Source: Eledone cirrhosa (lineage: Eukaryota). From it: a stretch of 64,000 nucleotides of DNA. The stretch spans positions 3,658,001 through 3,722,000 of the forward strand of contig OZ024756.1 in the NCBI GenBank assembly GCA_964016885.1, written 5' to 3'. Numbering within the stretch: the first letter of the stretch is position 1; every line of letters starts with the position of its first letter. A program made the position numbers and the translations under genes. Shown here one piece after another: positions 26,326-40,235 of this stretch. Below the pieces are notes generated by a model. That model was given only the letters and a program-made list of their open reading frames with translations, was not told the origin of the DNA and did no database searches.

Positions 26326-26867
26326 TATATATAACTGTTATCCTTTAATATTCAGTAATGTGTCTCTCTGGGGTAAACTCTCTATGTAGCTGCTTAGTTG
26401 GCCTTAAAGTTAGCACCGGGCCTGCTTTCTGGCGGCTTTCTGTTTGACACTGTCACATGCACTCAACTAATATATATTAACAAGGCAACAACATTAAGGT
26501 CACACGGCCAGAGCAGGTCAATCTTTGCCAACTTGAGCTCTTCTTTTCCAAATCCAAAGCTTTGTAGACAATTAACATTCCTAGGGTGTGTGTGGATGGG
26601 GAGAGGAGCTATTAGATATATACGGGTTTAAAGTATGCGACAAACCATTCAGAAATGAACATCTGGATGTGCTGTTTATGTTCTGTCAAAAACTATTTCA
26701 AGTAATTACAATCGTTAGAAGCAGCAATCACTCCATTTATTTCTAAACCTTCGTCTTTTCTTAGTCCCTTTTATTCGCTCGATCAATTTATTCAATCTAT
26801 ATATTTCCCGTCGTTCCCCTCTTTCTCTCTCTCCCCCCTGTCACACCCCTCTCTCTCTCCCCACTTC

Positions 26868-27211
<344 letters not shown>

Positions 27212-27322
27212 CATATATATATATACATATATATATATACATATATATATACACATATATATATACATATATATATACATATATATATATACATATATAT
27301 ATATACATATATATATATATAC

Positions 27323-27385
<63 letters not shown>

Positions 27386-27424
27386 CATATATATATACAC
27401 ATATATATATACATATATATATAT

Positions 27425-27488
<64 letters not shown>

Positions 27489-27505
27489 TATTTATATACA
27501 GTATT

Positions 27506-27545
<40 letters not shown>

Positions 27546-27560
27546 TATATATACAGTATT

Positions 27561-27634
<74 letters not shown>

Positions 27635-27650
27635 CACATATATATATACA

Positions 27651-27711
<61 letters not shown>

Positions 27712-27719
27712 TATATACA

Positions 27720-27760
<41 letters not shown>

Positions 27761-27843
27761 CACACGTGGAAAAATATATAGTTAGTTATATAGAGGGATT
27801 ATTAGTTAGAGGGATAGATAAATACACTCACACACACACACAA

Positions 27844-27904
<61 letters not shown>

Positions 27905-27970
27905 TATATATAGAGAGAAAAGGGGCGAAGAAGGTGCGAGAGGTTTATAAAGAAAAGGCTTCTACAGGAC

Positions 27971-28005
27971 TAGAACAGTTTCATTCGTATGAAATCATCA
28001 GGAAT
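27971..28005 (-). ncRNA. Minimal HHR-like motif in fold-back ~27953-28057
   Basis: Reverse complement CTGATGA-tttc atac gaat-GAAAC-t-GTT; weak stem I. Confidence 0.45.
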
Positions 28006-28365
28006 GCGCATTCCTAATGATTTCATACGTTTCATTCTAGTCCTGTAGAAGCCTTTTCTTCTACATAAACCTCTGTTGTCACTCTATACATGTATTGAGT
28101 ACCTTATTTACTGTGGTTGCCCCAGACTTTACTCGGGATCAACATATTATATATATTTATATGACGGGTTTCTGCAGTTTTCTTCTCCAAAAGTTCACTC
28201 ACAGGACACTTGTGCAGGGTCCCAGGCTGTGGAACTGAATTTGAAACACCGAAACGCCATAACGACGCCCTTTATTCCTGCATCTGCTGTGGCCTTACTA
28301 ACTTTAGTAATTTTAATAGTTAGTTCTCTATATTAATAGTTAAGTGATTCAATTCAAAATACGTA

Positions 28366-28804
28366 TAGTTGATCTCCGGCATTCGCGGTCCTGGTTATTC
28401 GCGGAATAGTAAATATCTTCCTTTATTTTTTTTATGGCTTTTTTGGTGGCAATATTTTTTTTTCTGAGTTCAAATCCCCGCGAGGTTAACTTTGCCTTTC
28501 AAGCTTACGGGGTCGATAAAATAAAGTACCAGTAATGCACTGAGAAAAATTGTTGGCCTTGTGCCAAAAGTAGAAAACACTATATATATATTTTTAATGC
28601 TAAATTTTTAATAACAACATATCGTATTTGCCGGCCTATTGGACGTCCATTCGCATGAGACGCTCCCTCTTTTTTTAAAATTATATTTTACGTTATATTT
28701 TATATATATAGGCATTTTTATGGACCACGTCCGATATTCGCTATATTTTCACTCTTCGTGTGTGATCTAGGAACGTAAAAACCGCGAATACCGGGAGACA
28801 ACTA
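28366..28804. mobile_element. Tigger/pogo-like MITE with nested SINE fragment (~28465-28577)
   Basis: TIRs TAGTTGATCTCCGGCATTCGCGGT / ACCGCGAATACCGGGAGACAACTA, TA flanks. Confidence 0.6.
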
Positions 28805-28861
28805 TATATATATATATATTAGATCGGTTATTATTTTAATGTTATTATGCTATTGACTTTT

Positions 28862-29012
28862 AGGGCGGTGGATTGGCAGAGCGTCGGACAACATGCTTTG
28901 CAGCATATAGTTGTGGCCCTTTACAATCCGAGTTCAAATCCTGCCCAGACTAGCTTTGCATTTTATCTGTACTGGGTCGATAAAATAAAGTACCAGCAAC
29001 GTACTGGGGTCA
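28862..29012 (+). mobile_element. Octopod-type tRNA-derived SINE
   Basis: Family consensus match. Confidence 0.8.
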
Positions 29013-29161
29013 CTTCTGTTATTTGAGACAAGAGAGTAGATATTAAGAATTTCACTGGATGATTTTACTTGTACTGGTTGTTACTATTGTATTGTGTTAA
29101 ATGGTAGGTTGATATAACTGACTTATTGTATTTTAAATGGCGTATTTTGGATATTTTAAGG

Positions 29162-29345
29162 CAGGCATGTCAAACTGAGGGCCCCCCGAGAACCACATGG
29201 GTCACATATCTGTTGTCTGAGGGCTACGCACATTACAACAATTTTTTTTAATTCTATATTTCGAAGTTAAAACATGTTCACGCTGTAAAACACTTTGTGC
29301 GGGCCGCAGATGTGCTTGTAAAGGGCCGCATGTTTGACATGCTTG
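29162..29345. mobile_element. hAT (Charlie-like) MITE
   Basis: TIRs CAGGCATGTCAAAC / GTTTGACATGCTTG; 8-bp TSD TTTTAAGG/TTATAAGG. Confidence 0.85.
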
Positions 29346-29394
29346 TTATAAGGTTTGTTGTATGGCAATAACAGGATTTTGTTGATTAGATGTC

Positions 29395-29830
29395 AATCCT
29401 TACTTATGGACATGAATCTTGACTAATGACCGAAAAAATACGATCTCGAATACAAGCGGTCGAAATGGGGTTCCTCTGAAGGGACTTTAGAGTAGCGTTA
29501 CTCGGTAAAGTGAGAAGCTCGAAGATTAGAGAGTCGCTTCAGGTAGAGCCGCTACTTCTCCATATTGAGAGATCACATCTCTGAAACTACGGACATGCTA
29601 GAATGTCTCAGGGTAGCATTGCTGGGACAGATTCTACAGGTAAAAAACCAACTGGCAAGATACCCCAGAGGTAGACCACGAGCAAGATGGTTGGATAATA
29701 TCCATGAACTTGGCTGGTCTCGCTTGGGGATCCAGCCGGATTAGTTGTAGGCAGTTGCTTCTGACAGGACCCGCTGGAAGGAGTGTTTGAGGACTCTGCC
29801 CCCTCGACCCCCTCAGGAATAGTTGGAAGA
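29395..29830 (+). pseudogene. Decayed 3' end of RTE-clade LINE
   Basis: LTYGHES*LMTEKIRSRIQAVEMGFL...IRESLQVEPLLLHIERS...PRGRPRARWLDNI. Confidence 0.85.
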
Positions 29831-29902
29831 TGAAGGAGAGTCATTGAACCTATTTTTATAGTTATCTCATATTTTCATAGATCCCAATCTCATACCAATA
29901 AT

Positions 29903-30160
29903 AATTGTTTCTAGTTTAGACACAAGGCCAGCAATTATCCCAGTGCATTACTGGTACTTTATTTTATCGACCCCGTAAGGATGAAAGGCAAAGTCAACCT
30001 CGGCGGGATTTGAACTCAGATCGTAAAGGGACGTAACTATGCTGGAAAACATGGCGTCCGACTCTCTACCGATACTGCCAATCCACCAATAATAATTGTT
30101 TCTACTTTAGGCACAAGGCCAGCAATTATCCAGTACATTACTGGTACTTTATTTTATACC
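29903..30160 (-). mobile_element. Octopod-type SINE plus partial tandem copy
   Basis: Family consensus match on minus strand. Confidence 0.85.
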
Positions 30161-31413
30161 AATAATTATGTTATCTTAATAGATATATTTCTGTATTTGC
30201 CACAAGAGCGCAACAGATGGGGACAAATACAATTGGGGAGTTTACATATCTTAATAGATAACTGACTAATTTTATCATTTATTTGTCTTATTTGGAGAGT
30301 TTTCCAAGTTAAAACTGAAGTTGTTTGAAAAATGAGAAGCGAAAAAGACATTTGAATAGGAAGTGTAGGGAGAGCATTTAAGGTGTGTGGAGATAGAGAA
30401 ATATAGAGGGAGGTGGATGGATAGATAGAGAGAGAGATATAGAGAGAGGGAGAGAGAAAGAGAGAGTGATTGATAGATAGAGAGAGAGGGGGGGGAGGAG
30501 AGGGTGAGAGGTCGAGAGAGAGAAAGAGATAAATAGATAGATGGATAGATGGAGAGAGAGAGAGAGGCAGAGAGAGACAGATGGAGACAGAGAGGGAGAG
30601 AGGAGAGAGAGAGAGAGGGGGGGAGAGAGGAGAGACATTTGTAATGATACATAGATAGAGAGAGAGAGAGAGAGGGGGAGAGAGAGAGATGTAATGACAT
30701 GTAGGAAGAACAGGAGACAGTGTTGACGAGAGGAGGAGATAAACGGTATATTTAGGGTAGTGGTTAGAGGGAAAGACGTAGGAAAGTATTGGAGGGGGGC
30801 GTGGAAGGAAAGATGGTGAGGGTGGGATATGATGGAAGTAGATGATGGAAGAGACAGAAGGGCAAGTTAGAGGAGAGAGATGAATACATGAGGTATAATT
30901 AGGCAAGAAATTAGGTGGAGGAAGGCTGCAGAGGGAATAAGGTGTGGGTGTTGAGAGATGTACTGTGGTTGTGAATGGCTAGAAATGAAACAAATGAGCG
31001 GTGGATGTCATATGAGAAATGGGTAATGAAAAGAGGGAGTAGGAAGAGGAGAATGAGTGTACGGTGGTAGCAGATGGTTGGCAAAGGGGTGGAAAAAGAG
31101 AGGGAGCAGAGAGTGAGATAAGAAGGGAGGTGAAAGAGAAGGACAACGAGGGATAGAGAGAGAGAGAAAGAAAGACAGAAGAAGGTAGGTGAAAGAGAAG
31201 GACAGCGAGGTATAGAGAGAGAGGAAGTGTGAGAGAGAGAGAGAGAAAGAAAGACAGAAGAAGGTACGTGAAAGAGAAGGACAGCGAGGGATAGAGAGAG
31301 AGGAAGTGTGAGAGAGAGAGAAAGAAAGACAGAAGAAGGTAGGTGAAAGAGGACAGCGAGAGAGGGAGAGTGTGTTTATGTGTGATTGAGAGAGAGAGAG
31401 GGAGAGCAATATA

Positions 31414-31443
31414 CAGGGTGTCCCATAATTCTGGGACACCCTG
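31414..31443. mobile_element. Collapsed Tc1/mariner-like TIR palindrome
   Basis: TA-CAGGGTGTCCCA-taattc-TGGGACACCCTG-TA. Confidence 0.55.
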
Positions 31444-31469
31444 TATATTACTAGTATTTTGGATTATAA

Positions 31470-32162
31470 TATAATTGTTTCTGCTTTTGGCACAAGACCA
31501 GCAATTACCCAGTACATTACTGGTACTTTATTTTATCGACCCCGTAAGGATGAAAGGCAAAGTTACCCTTGGCGGGATTTGAACTCAGACCGTAAAGGGC
31601 CGTAACTCTTTGCTGCAAAGTATGGCGTCCGACCCTCTACCGATACTGCCAATCCACCGCCCTATAATAATGACATTGAGTACGAAATATTATATAACAA
31701 TAAAAGGGCGGTGTGTTGGCAATAATCGGTAGAGCGTCGGACAACATCCTTTGTGGCATAGAGTTACGGCCCTTTATGTTCTGAGTTCAAATCCCGCCAA
31801 GGTTAGCTTTGCTTGTCATCCTTACGAGATCGATAAAATAAAGTACCAGTCAGGCACTGGGGTAGAATCATTCGACTTTTCCCTACCCCAAAAAATTGTT
31901 GTCCTTGCGCCTAAAGTAGAAACCATTACATAACAATAGAATATGTCCCCTTAATATGGGACACATGAGGGCGGTGGATTGGCAGTATCAGTAGAGGGTC
32001 GGACATCATGCTTTGCAGCACAGAGTTACGGCCCTTTATCATCTGAGTTCAAATCCCTCCAAGGTTAACTTTGCCTTTCATCCTTACGGGATCGATAAAA
32101 TAAAGTACCAGTAATACACTGGTGTAATTGCTGGCCTTGTGCCAAAAGTAGAAACAATTATT
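31470..32162. mobile_element. Cluster of three octopod-type SINEs (- 31470-31662, + 31705-31925, + 31968-32162)
   Basis: Family consensus matches. Confidence 0.88.
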
Positions 32163-32303
32163 ATGGGACCCCTGGTATATCGTGGTCTGGATAGTAGAGA
32201 AACAAACATAAAGTTGAAAACGTCTGTATATGTATGGTCCCTTAACTCCTGATAGTGTCTTAGGGGCACTGTGGTGACATGCGGCGTTTCTTGGGCATTT
32301 TAA

Positions 32304-32522
32304 CCCTTTAGTATTTACACTACTCTATATTGACTATTGTATTTTGGTGGTAAAGGTTTTATGTCAATTATATCTCAGATAAAATCGAATCTATGAGATT
32401 TTGATATTATTTGTTTTGTGAATAATACCTTAACATATGTATGTGTGGCCAGTTAGGGCCGGTTTGAACAGAAAGAGGTGAGAGAATTCTGGCCAGATAC
32501 TGCCGGTTTAAATGCTAAAGGG
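32304..32522. mobile_element. piggyBac-like MITE
   Basis: TTAA-CCCTTTAGTATTT...AAATGCTAAAGGG-TTAA. Confidence 0.8.
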
Positions 32523-32629
32523 TTAAGCCTGGCGGAACCCATCCCTCTCCAGGCCTGAGTACCCCAGATGTCTTCCAGAGAAAGATAGAAAGTGAGAGAG
32601 TGGAATTGAGAAAGAGATATAGAGGAAGA

Positions 32630-34035
32630 ATCAACCCCAGTACTAGACTGGTACTTTTTTTTTTATAGACATCGAATGGATGAAAGGCAAAGTTGACCTC
32701 GGCGGGATTTGAACTCCGGGAGCAGAGAGGCGGAATGAATACCATAAAGTATTCTATCTGACGTTCTAACGACTCTGCCAATTCACTACCTGAAAAACTA
32801 AGTAAATTATGCTAAATGAGACAGAGAGAGGTGGGGGGGTCAGTGAACAAATCGCCATTAATTCAAATGAGACTTGCCCAAAATTCCTTTTAATGTTTTA
32901 TATAACCAGCATTAAGGCGGTGAATTGCCAGTCGTGAGAACGTTGGATAGAATGCTTTGTGGTATCCGTTTCCGTTCTCTGCTCCCTGAGTTCAAATCCC
33001 GCCGAGATCAACTTTGCCGTTCATCCTTTCGATGTCTATAAAAAAAAAAATACCAGTCTAGTACTGGGGTTGATTCTTCCTCTATATCTCTTTCTCATTT
33101 CCTCTCTCTCACTTTGTATCTTTCTCTGGAAGAAATCTGCTGTACTCAGGCCTGGAGAGAGATGGGCTCCACCAGGCTTAACCCTTTACCATTTAAACCG
33201 GCTGTATTCGGCCAGAATTCTCTCTATATCTCTTTCTCACTTCTTCTCTGTCACACTCTCTATCCTTCTAAGGAAGAAATCTGCTGTATTCAGACCTGGA
33301 GAGGAGATAGGCTCCGTCAGGTATAAAATAATTGTTTCTACTTTAGGCGCAAGGCCAGCAATTACCCAGTGCATTACTGGTACTTTATTTTATCGACCCC
33401 GTAAGGATGAAAGGCAAAGTCAACCTCGGCGGGAATTGAACTCAGATCGTAAAGGGACGTAACTATGCTGGAAAGCATGGCGTCCGACCCTCTACTGATA
33501 CTGCCAATCCACCGTCAGGTATAAAATAATGCTCTCGAACCGCCGTATGACAATAGGACGTCCCAAAGGCTCCCTCAAGAGTTACGAGACCATGTCATAA
33601 GCACCATTGTAATTGTGTCGCTAACAACCGAATGATCATGATTTCAAACTGGTTGGATCTCATTCAGTCTCATTGTCCTCATAACATAGGATCTCTACCT
33701 TTGTTGTCCCCTCTAGTTGTTGAGCAAATTGGAAACAACGAGATCGAAATCACTGGATATCGATCTAATCCGATTTTATCATATATGTATAAGGGCGGTG
33801 GATTGGCAGTATCGGTAGAGGGTCGGACGCCATACTTTGCAGCATAGTTTTACGGCCCTTTACGTTCTGAGTTCAAAACCTGCCGAGGTTAACTTTGCCT
33901 ATCATCCTTACAGGTGTCAATAAAATAAAGTACCAGTAATGCACTGGGGGGTCGATTTAATAGACTTGACACCCCCCCCCCCCCCACCACCACCACCGAA
34001 AATTGTTGGCCTTGTGCCTAAATCCGAAAAACCAT
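32630..34035. mobile_element. Cluster of four SINEs (- 32630-32790, + 32915-33080, - 33330-33515, + 33792-34035); the first two lie in an inverted duplication
   Basis: Family consensus matches; 32480-32790 is the reverse complement of ~32915-33225. Confidence 0.82.
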
Positions 34036-34137
34036 TAATAAGAAGGCTTGAATTTAATTCATGCAAGATTTCACAGCTTTAACATCCCTCCTTCATAGTC
34101 TGCCTATGAACTTTTCATTAGATCCTCGTGTGTTTGT

Positions 34138-34172
<35 letters not shown>

Positions 34173-34176
<4 letters not shown>

Positions 34177-34363
34177 AACAAGTAAGACCCTGACGGCTGA
34201 GCTCAAGCCGTTTCGACGGCTAATTCTGGACTGAATTAGCCGTCGAAACGGCTTGAGCTCAGCCGTCGGGGTCTTACTTGTTCCTATTACCCACTCTACT
34301 ACCCTAAGTATTGAGTACTTTGGTGCGTTATGGTCCACCTGGTTCCTTACCACATTTCCTTCG

Positions 34364-34365
<2 letters not shown>
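34173..34365. mobile_element. Fold-back repeat family B
   Basis: Homology and inverted arm. Confidence 0.7.
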
Positions 34366-34398
<33 letters not shown>

Positions 34399-34521
34399 GG
34401 TAAATATTGATGCAATTCAATTAAAGCACTCAACCTACTTTTTCCACATAGGAGTGACGGAGTAAATATCGAATAAGGAAAAGCGAAGTAGTTTCTGATG
34501 TTCAAGTCCTTTAATAATAAT

Positions 34522-34595
34522 GCTGTGATATATATTTCAATGACGACACTGGCCACACTGTTCTGTGTGCGAGTGTCGTGTCATCATCAGGCAGC
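34522..34595 (-). ncRNA. Type I HHR, left arm of head-to-head pair
   Basis: Reverse complement of 34610-34683. Confidence 0.75.
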
Positions 34596-34609
34596 TTGTT
34601 ACATAATAA

Positions 34610-34683
34610 GCTGCCTGATGATGACACGACACTCGCACACAGAACAGTGTGGCCAGTGTCGTCACTGAAATATATATCACAGC
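34610..34683 (+). ncRNA. Type I HHR, right arm of head-to-head pair
   Basis: gctgc-CTGATGA-tgacacgacact..agtgtcgtcact-GAAA-tatat-ATC-acagc. Confidence 0.75.
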
Positions 34684-34687
34684 ATTA

Positions 34688-34870
34688 TTGGATTGGCAGT
34701 ATCGGTAGAGGATCAGACGCCATGCTTTCCAGCATAGTTACGTCCCTTTACGATCTGAGTTCAAATCCCGCCGAGGTTGACTTTGCCTTTCATCCTTACG
34801 GGGTCGATAAAATAAAGTACCAGTAATGCACTGGATAATTGCTGGCCTTGTGCCTAAAGTAGAAACAATT
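34688..34870 (+). mobile_element. Octopod-type SINE inserted in the right arm of palindrome ~34470-34920
   Basis: Family match; palindrome arm resumes after it. Confidence 0.85.
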
Positions 34871-34959
34871 ATTATTAAAGGACTTGAACATCTGAAACTA
34901 CTTCGCTTTTCCTTATTCTCTCTCTCTCTCTATATATATATACACACTGACCAAGAAAC

Positions 34960-35125
34960 TCACTCAGATAGTGGATGGGGGGTACACGAGAATGCTGAGG
35001 ATGGACACACTGGAGGAGGAAGACCAAGGTTAACATATGTTGATGCCCTACGGACAGACACTGGTCTGTTGGAGGCGTAGGACGTGGCAGCGATAATGAG
35101 GGACAGAGACCGCTGGAGAGAACAC
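34960..35125 (+). pseudogene. RTE-like LINE 3' fragment (second copy on - at ~40970-41082)
   Basis: GRPRLTYVDALRTDTGL...MRDRDRWR. Confidence 0.7.
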
Positions 35126-35205
35126 CCTAGAAAAAAATATATGTATATACACATATTTATATATGTGTGTGTGTGTGTGTATGTGTGTGTGTGTCTGCGA
35201 TTTTA

Positions 35206-35406
35206 CGAGGGACGGCTGAAAAGTTCATAAGCTGACCAAGATACTCTCATGAAATGACAAAATGAAGTTTATTTTTCAACATCATCCCAGGAAAGAAACA
35301 ATGCAGTTATTAATAAATAAAAAAGTTGAAATTACTGCATACAAGATTTCACAGCTTGAACATCACTCCTTCACAATCAGCGTATGAACTTTCCAGCCGA
35401 GATTCG
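35206..35406. mobile_element. mariner-like MITE (partial copies ~34060-34128, ~40365-40445)
   Basis: TA-CGAGGGACGGCTGAAAAGTTCATA...TATGAACTTTCCAGCCGAGATTCG-TA. Confidence 0.7.
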
Positions 35407-36459
35407 TAGCTAGACCCAGACATGACAATTGACAATAGACGTGTAACAAAGTGGTTTGGCAGTCATCAGATCGAGCTGTCAGGGTTGGTCGCAGTCATTT
35501 ACTGTTACTGTTGCTGCTGCTGCTAGTGCTGCTGCTGCTGCTGCTGGTGGTGATAGTAGTGATGGTGGTAGTGGTGGTGGTGGTGGTATTGCTGGTCGTG
35601 GTGTTGGTGGTGTATTTGCTGTTGCTGCTGGTGGTGGTGGTGGTGTTCCTTCTGTTGTTTCTGTTGGTGGTGGTGGTGTGGTGGTGGTGTTGTTGCTGGT
35701 TGTGGTGGTGGTGGTGGTGGTGGTGGTGTTCGTGGTGGTGGTGGTGGTGGTAGTGGTGTTCGTGGTGGTGATGGTTGTGGTGGTTGTGGTGGTGGTGGTG
35801 GTGGTGGTGGTGTTCGTGGTGGTGGTGGTTGTGGTGGTTGTGGTGGTGGTGGTGGTGTTCGTGGTGGTGGTGGTGATGATGGTGGTGGTGGTGGTGTTCG
35901 TGGTGGGGGTGGTGGTGCTGGTGCTGGTCATTGATTATCTGGACATTATCCGACAGCTCGGCTGTTTCTTTTTTATGTCGGAAACAAGATGGATTCCTTT
36001 CATCAACCTCACATTTTTTTTCTAATAAATTGGTCTCCTTTCAATATGTAAGGCAGCATGTCGCTTGACCTGACCTCCATGACCAGACTACATACCAACA
36101 GTAGCGGCGTGGGGGTATGATGGGGTAGGAGGAGCGGGGAGGGGTGGAAGAAGGAAGATGAGGAGGAAGGAGAGAGAAGAAAGAGGAGAAAGGGGAGAAG
36201 AAATATGAGGAAGAAGGGGGTGGAAGAAGGGGAGAAGAAGAAGGAGAAGGAATGGGAGGAGGAGGGGGAGATGAAGAAGTGTGTGCGTAGCATGATTGTG
36301 ATCTGTACATTGTATAGTGTCATATGTATGTGTGTATGTACGTATGTATGTATGTATTGAATCGTCAAATATGAAATTTGTGGAAATTTGTTTTTCTTAT
36401 TACAAATTTCTACAAATTTTATACTTGACAATCCAATATGTATGTGTGTGTGTATGTAT

Positions 36460-37070
36460 GTCAGGTCACCAGTTGGTGCTACTGGTAACATGTATTCCAG
36501 TACAACCTGTCTCATGGTCGGGTCGTTGGCGACTAAACTGGCAACCCCACCAAGGTTTCTTGGTGAGGAGGGTGACTTTCGACATTCTGCACAACTAAAA
36601 ACAAAACCTGTCAAAGGGCAAAGGAGCTCTTAAGAGTCAATGGTCATCCAAAATCACCGGGAGAGATGACCCCTTAACCTTTGTCAAGGCAGAATTCTAG
36701 GAGAAGGAAAACTCTGATATAACACCTGCAACTCTGATGGTATCCAATGATGTTGACTTGTTCTTCTTTTTGGTAAATATCATCTTGGTTAAGAGAGTGG
36801 GACTGGCTTTGTGCAGTGCCTTTGTTCACTATAAAAGCTTCACGGCACAGGCATTGCTTTATATCTGGAGATCTCTCTGCACGTGTCGTCACATGGTACC
36901 ATGGGCCCAGCACTATGTGTCAATAATTGTCACAAGTGAAGTGTTTGTACCAGAGTTTTCAAGTCGCTGGCTGGACTAAAAAGTCACATTCGTTCAGTGC
37001 ATCGGTAGGAGTTCTCCTACATGGATATAAAGTAGTGGCCGTACTCGAAAACGAGTTGGCAGCCACCACC
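36460..37070 (+). mobile_element. ~600-bp non-autonomous RTE-related retroelement with (TATG)n tail
   Basis: CTAGGAGAAGGAAAACTCTG motif typical of RTE 5' UTRs; second full copy 44128-44724; 5'-truncated copy 59971-60094. Confidence 0.65.
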
Positions 37071-37865
37071 ATGTATGTATGTATGTATGTATGTATGTAT
37101 GTATGTATGTATGTATGTATGTATATAGGTATGTATGTATATTTTTGTCTGTGTGTGTGTGTGTATGCGTGTGTGCGTGACACCAATTTAGTAGAGTTCT
37201 TAAAAGGTCGGATAGAATACTTTGCGCTTTTCGTTTCAGTTGTCAGCGCCGTGAGTTCAAATCACACCTAGGACAACTTTATCTTTCATCCTTTCGAAAT
37301 CGATAAAGAAATTTCTATCTAATCCAGGACTGGGATCGATCTGAGCCCGTTTTTTCACCCCGACCCCCTTCTCTTTCTCTGAAAGTAATCAGTGCTTCTC
37401 AGACCTGGAGAGGTGTGGCCCCACCAGGCTTTAAATGGTCCACGTGAACCCCTCCTACTTCAGGTCACCACCCATCTATGTTTCTACCTTAACTTGTCTT
37501 AAATATCCCATATTTTTCTGTAGGGGTTAAATTTGTGGTCAATTCTTCCAGTTTGATTAATTCACATAGGCATAAAGACGTAGCCACGGCTACCTGCTAA
37601 GTTGTTGTGCACTCTCAGTCATAAATACCCTGGTTTAGAGGAGCGAAGGCTGCGCTTCTAACCACAACCACCACCAATACTTCTCCACCAACTACTACTA
37701 CTACTACTACTGCTACTACTACTGCGGCTGCTGCTGCTACTACTACTGCTACTGCTGCTACTACTACTACTACTACTACTACTACTATTAATACTACTAC
37801 TACTACTACTATTAATACTACTACTACTACAACCACTACTACTACTGCTACTACTACTACTGTTG

Positions 37866-37921
<56 letters not shown>

Positions 37922-38289
37922 GCTATTGCTACTACTACTACTACTACTACTGTGTGTCGGCATGTGTGTGGAGGTGTGAGGAAGTGTGTACGTGTGTGGT
38001 GCATGTGGGTTCACACACACACACACACACGTACACACACACACACATAGACACACACACACATACACATACACACACGTACACACACACACACACAGCT
38101 TGAGGTCATCTAGGAAATTAACGAGGTGAAGAAGGTAAAGAACTAGACCGGACTGTCTGGAATATACACACACATATACACACACACACACCTATATATA
38201 CATATGTATATACATGTGTATATACATGTGTATATACATGTGTATATACATGTGTATATACATACATAAATACCTACCTACCTACCTAC

Positions 38290-38321
<32 letters not shown>

Positions 38322-38563
38322 TTATATATACACAACTTATTCTTAACAGCTGGCCATATATGTATGTATATATATATATATGTATATATATATATGTATA
38401 TATATATGTATATATATATATATATGTATATACATATATATATATATACATATATATATATCTGCATACATATCTATCTCTCTCTCTCTATATATATATA
38501 TATAGATTTATATATACACAACACAACTTATTCTTAACAGCTGGCCATATATGTATGTATATA

Positions 38564-38604
<41 letters not shown>

Positions 38605-38607
38605 GTG

Positions 38608-38709
<102 letters not shown>

Positions 38710-39092
38710 CATACATATCTATCTATATATATATATCTATATATATATATATATATACACTCTATGTTGTGGTTAAAACAAATTAATTATTATATTCAGT
38801 CTACTGCATAGAAACTCAATTGACCGTTTAACAGCGGTCTCATTAAGTGACCACAAAGTTCCCAGATTATTGTGGTTAGGGGATGGATGAACAGGCAAAT
38901 GTGGGTACTTACTGACCACCAAATCTGGGTAGGAAGGTCATTTCAGTGGACATGTACGTGGTTATTTGACGAGACTTCGTCGCGGCTTTTCATCATACGT
39001 AGCTATATCGTGTTCTATATGGGTTGATCAATGACTTGTGAGTGACATTTGCTGGACGGAGACTGCATAAGCCCGCTGTGCTCGTGTATGTA

Positions 39093-39123
<31 letters not shown>

Positions 39124-39238
39124 GCGTGTGGCTGAGTGGTTAGAGAATTGGATACGCAATCGTGAGATTGTGAGTTCAATTCCTGGACCGGGCGATGCAT
39201 TATGTCCTTGAGCAAGACACTTTATTTCACGTTGCTCC
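39124..39238 (+). mobile_element. Second tRNA-derived SINE family head (V/CORE-like); related 3' part ~41820-41975
   Basis: TGGCTGAGTGG A-box, GTTCAATTCC B-box, GTCCTTGAGCAAGACACTT. Confidence 0.7.
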
Positions 39239-39359
39239 TTCTACCTCGAGTTGCGATTGATAGATAGTATTAGCAATAGGAAAGACCAACAGAAACATTG
39301 TTTCCTCGGTCCGATTTGACGAAAGTCGATCGATTCTAAAAATATATATATATATATAT

Positions 39360-39531
39360 AATTGTTTCTACTTTTGGCACAAGGCCAGTAATTATCCAGT
39401 GTATTACTGGTACTTTATTTTATCGACCCCGTTCGGATGAAAAGCAAAGTTAACCTCGACGGGATTTGAACTCAGACAGTAATAGGACGTAACTATGCTA
39501 GAAAGCATGACATATAACCCTCTACCGATAC
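39360..39531 (-). mobile_element. Octopod-type SINE
   Basis: Family match. Confidence 0.82.
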
Positions 39532-39649
39532 TATATATAATGGTTTCTGATTTAGGGACAAGGCCAACCATTTTGGGGGAGGGGAAACTCTAAAACGACA
39601 CCAGTGAGTTACTGGTTATCGACCTCGAAGCGATAAAAGACAAAATTGA

Positions 39650-40235
39650 ATTCCTAAAACTCGCGAAGTACCCAACCGATTTTTTCAAACTTTACATGTG
39701 TATTACTTGTTTCAGGAAGTGTTACGCACATAAAAATTTAACTTTTCGATCCTCTAGGGCCCGCATTAGGTGAAAAACTGCGTTTTTTCCAGCTTTTTAG
39801 GGGTTTTTTGAGGCGCTACGTCAGACCGATTTCCTTGAAATTGAAACTATGTATTAGTCAGTCTTCTTCATACCGTGAGCAAAGAAAATCCAACTTTTTT
39901 ATGGCCTAGGGCCCGCATTAGATGAGAAACTTATTTTTTTTTCAGCTCTTTTGGGCTTTTTTGAGGCGTTACGTCTAGCCGATTTTCCTGAAATTTCAAG
40001 GCATATTATGCACATAAAAAAATTCATTTTCTTGATCCCCCAGGGCTCGCATTAGGTGAAAACCTGCATTTTTCCTGCTTCATCGAGGAAAATCTTAAAG
40101 ATTATCCAGCCATCAAAGTATTCAGATTGTTTTCTTGACATATTGTCCAGGCATGCAGTTTTTCCACGATTAGATCTGTTGGCGGCACGCGTTCCAAGAT
40201 ACCTTATCCCGTGCAACGCCGGGTACCACTGATAA
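39650..40235 (+). mobile_element. Possible non-autonomous Helitron fragment with internal ~130-bp repeats
   Basis: Repeated AGGGCCCGCATTAG units; 3' hairpin CCCGTGCAACGCCGGG followed by a degenerate CTAG-like end. Confidence 0.4.

Noticed and set aside
35456-36025. Gly/Ala/Val-rich ORF resembling a structural protein
   Set aside because: Degenerate (GGT/GCT)n tract; no splice or domain support
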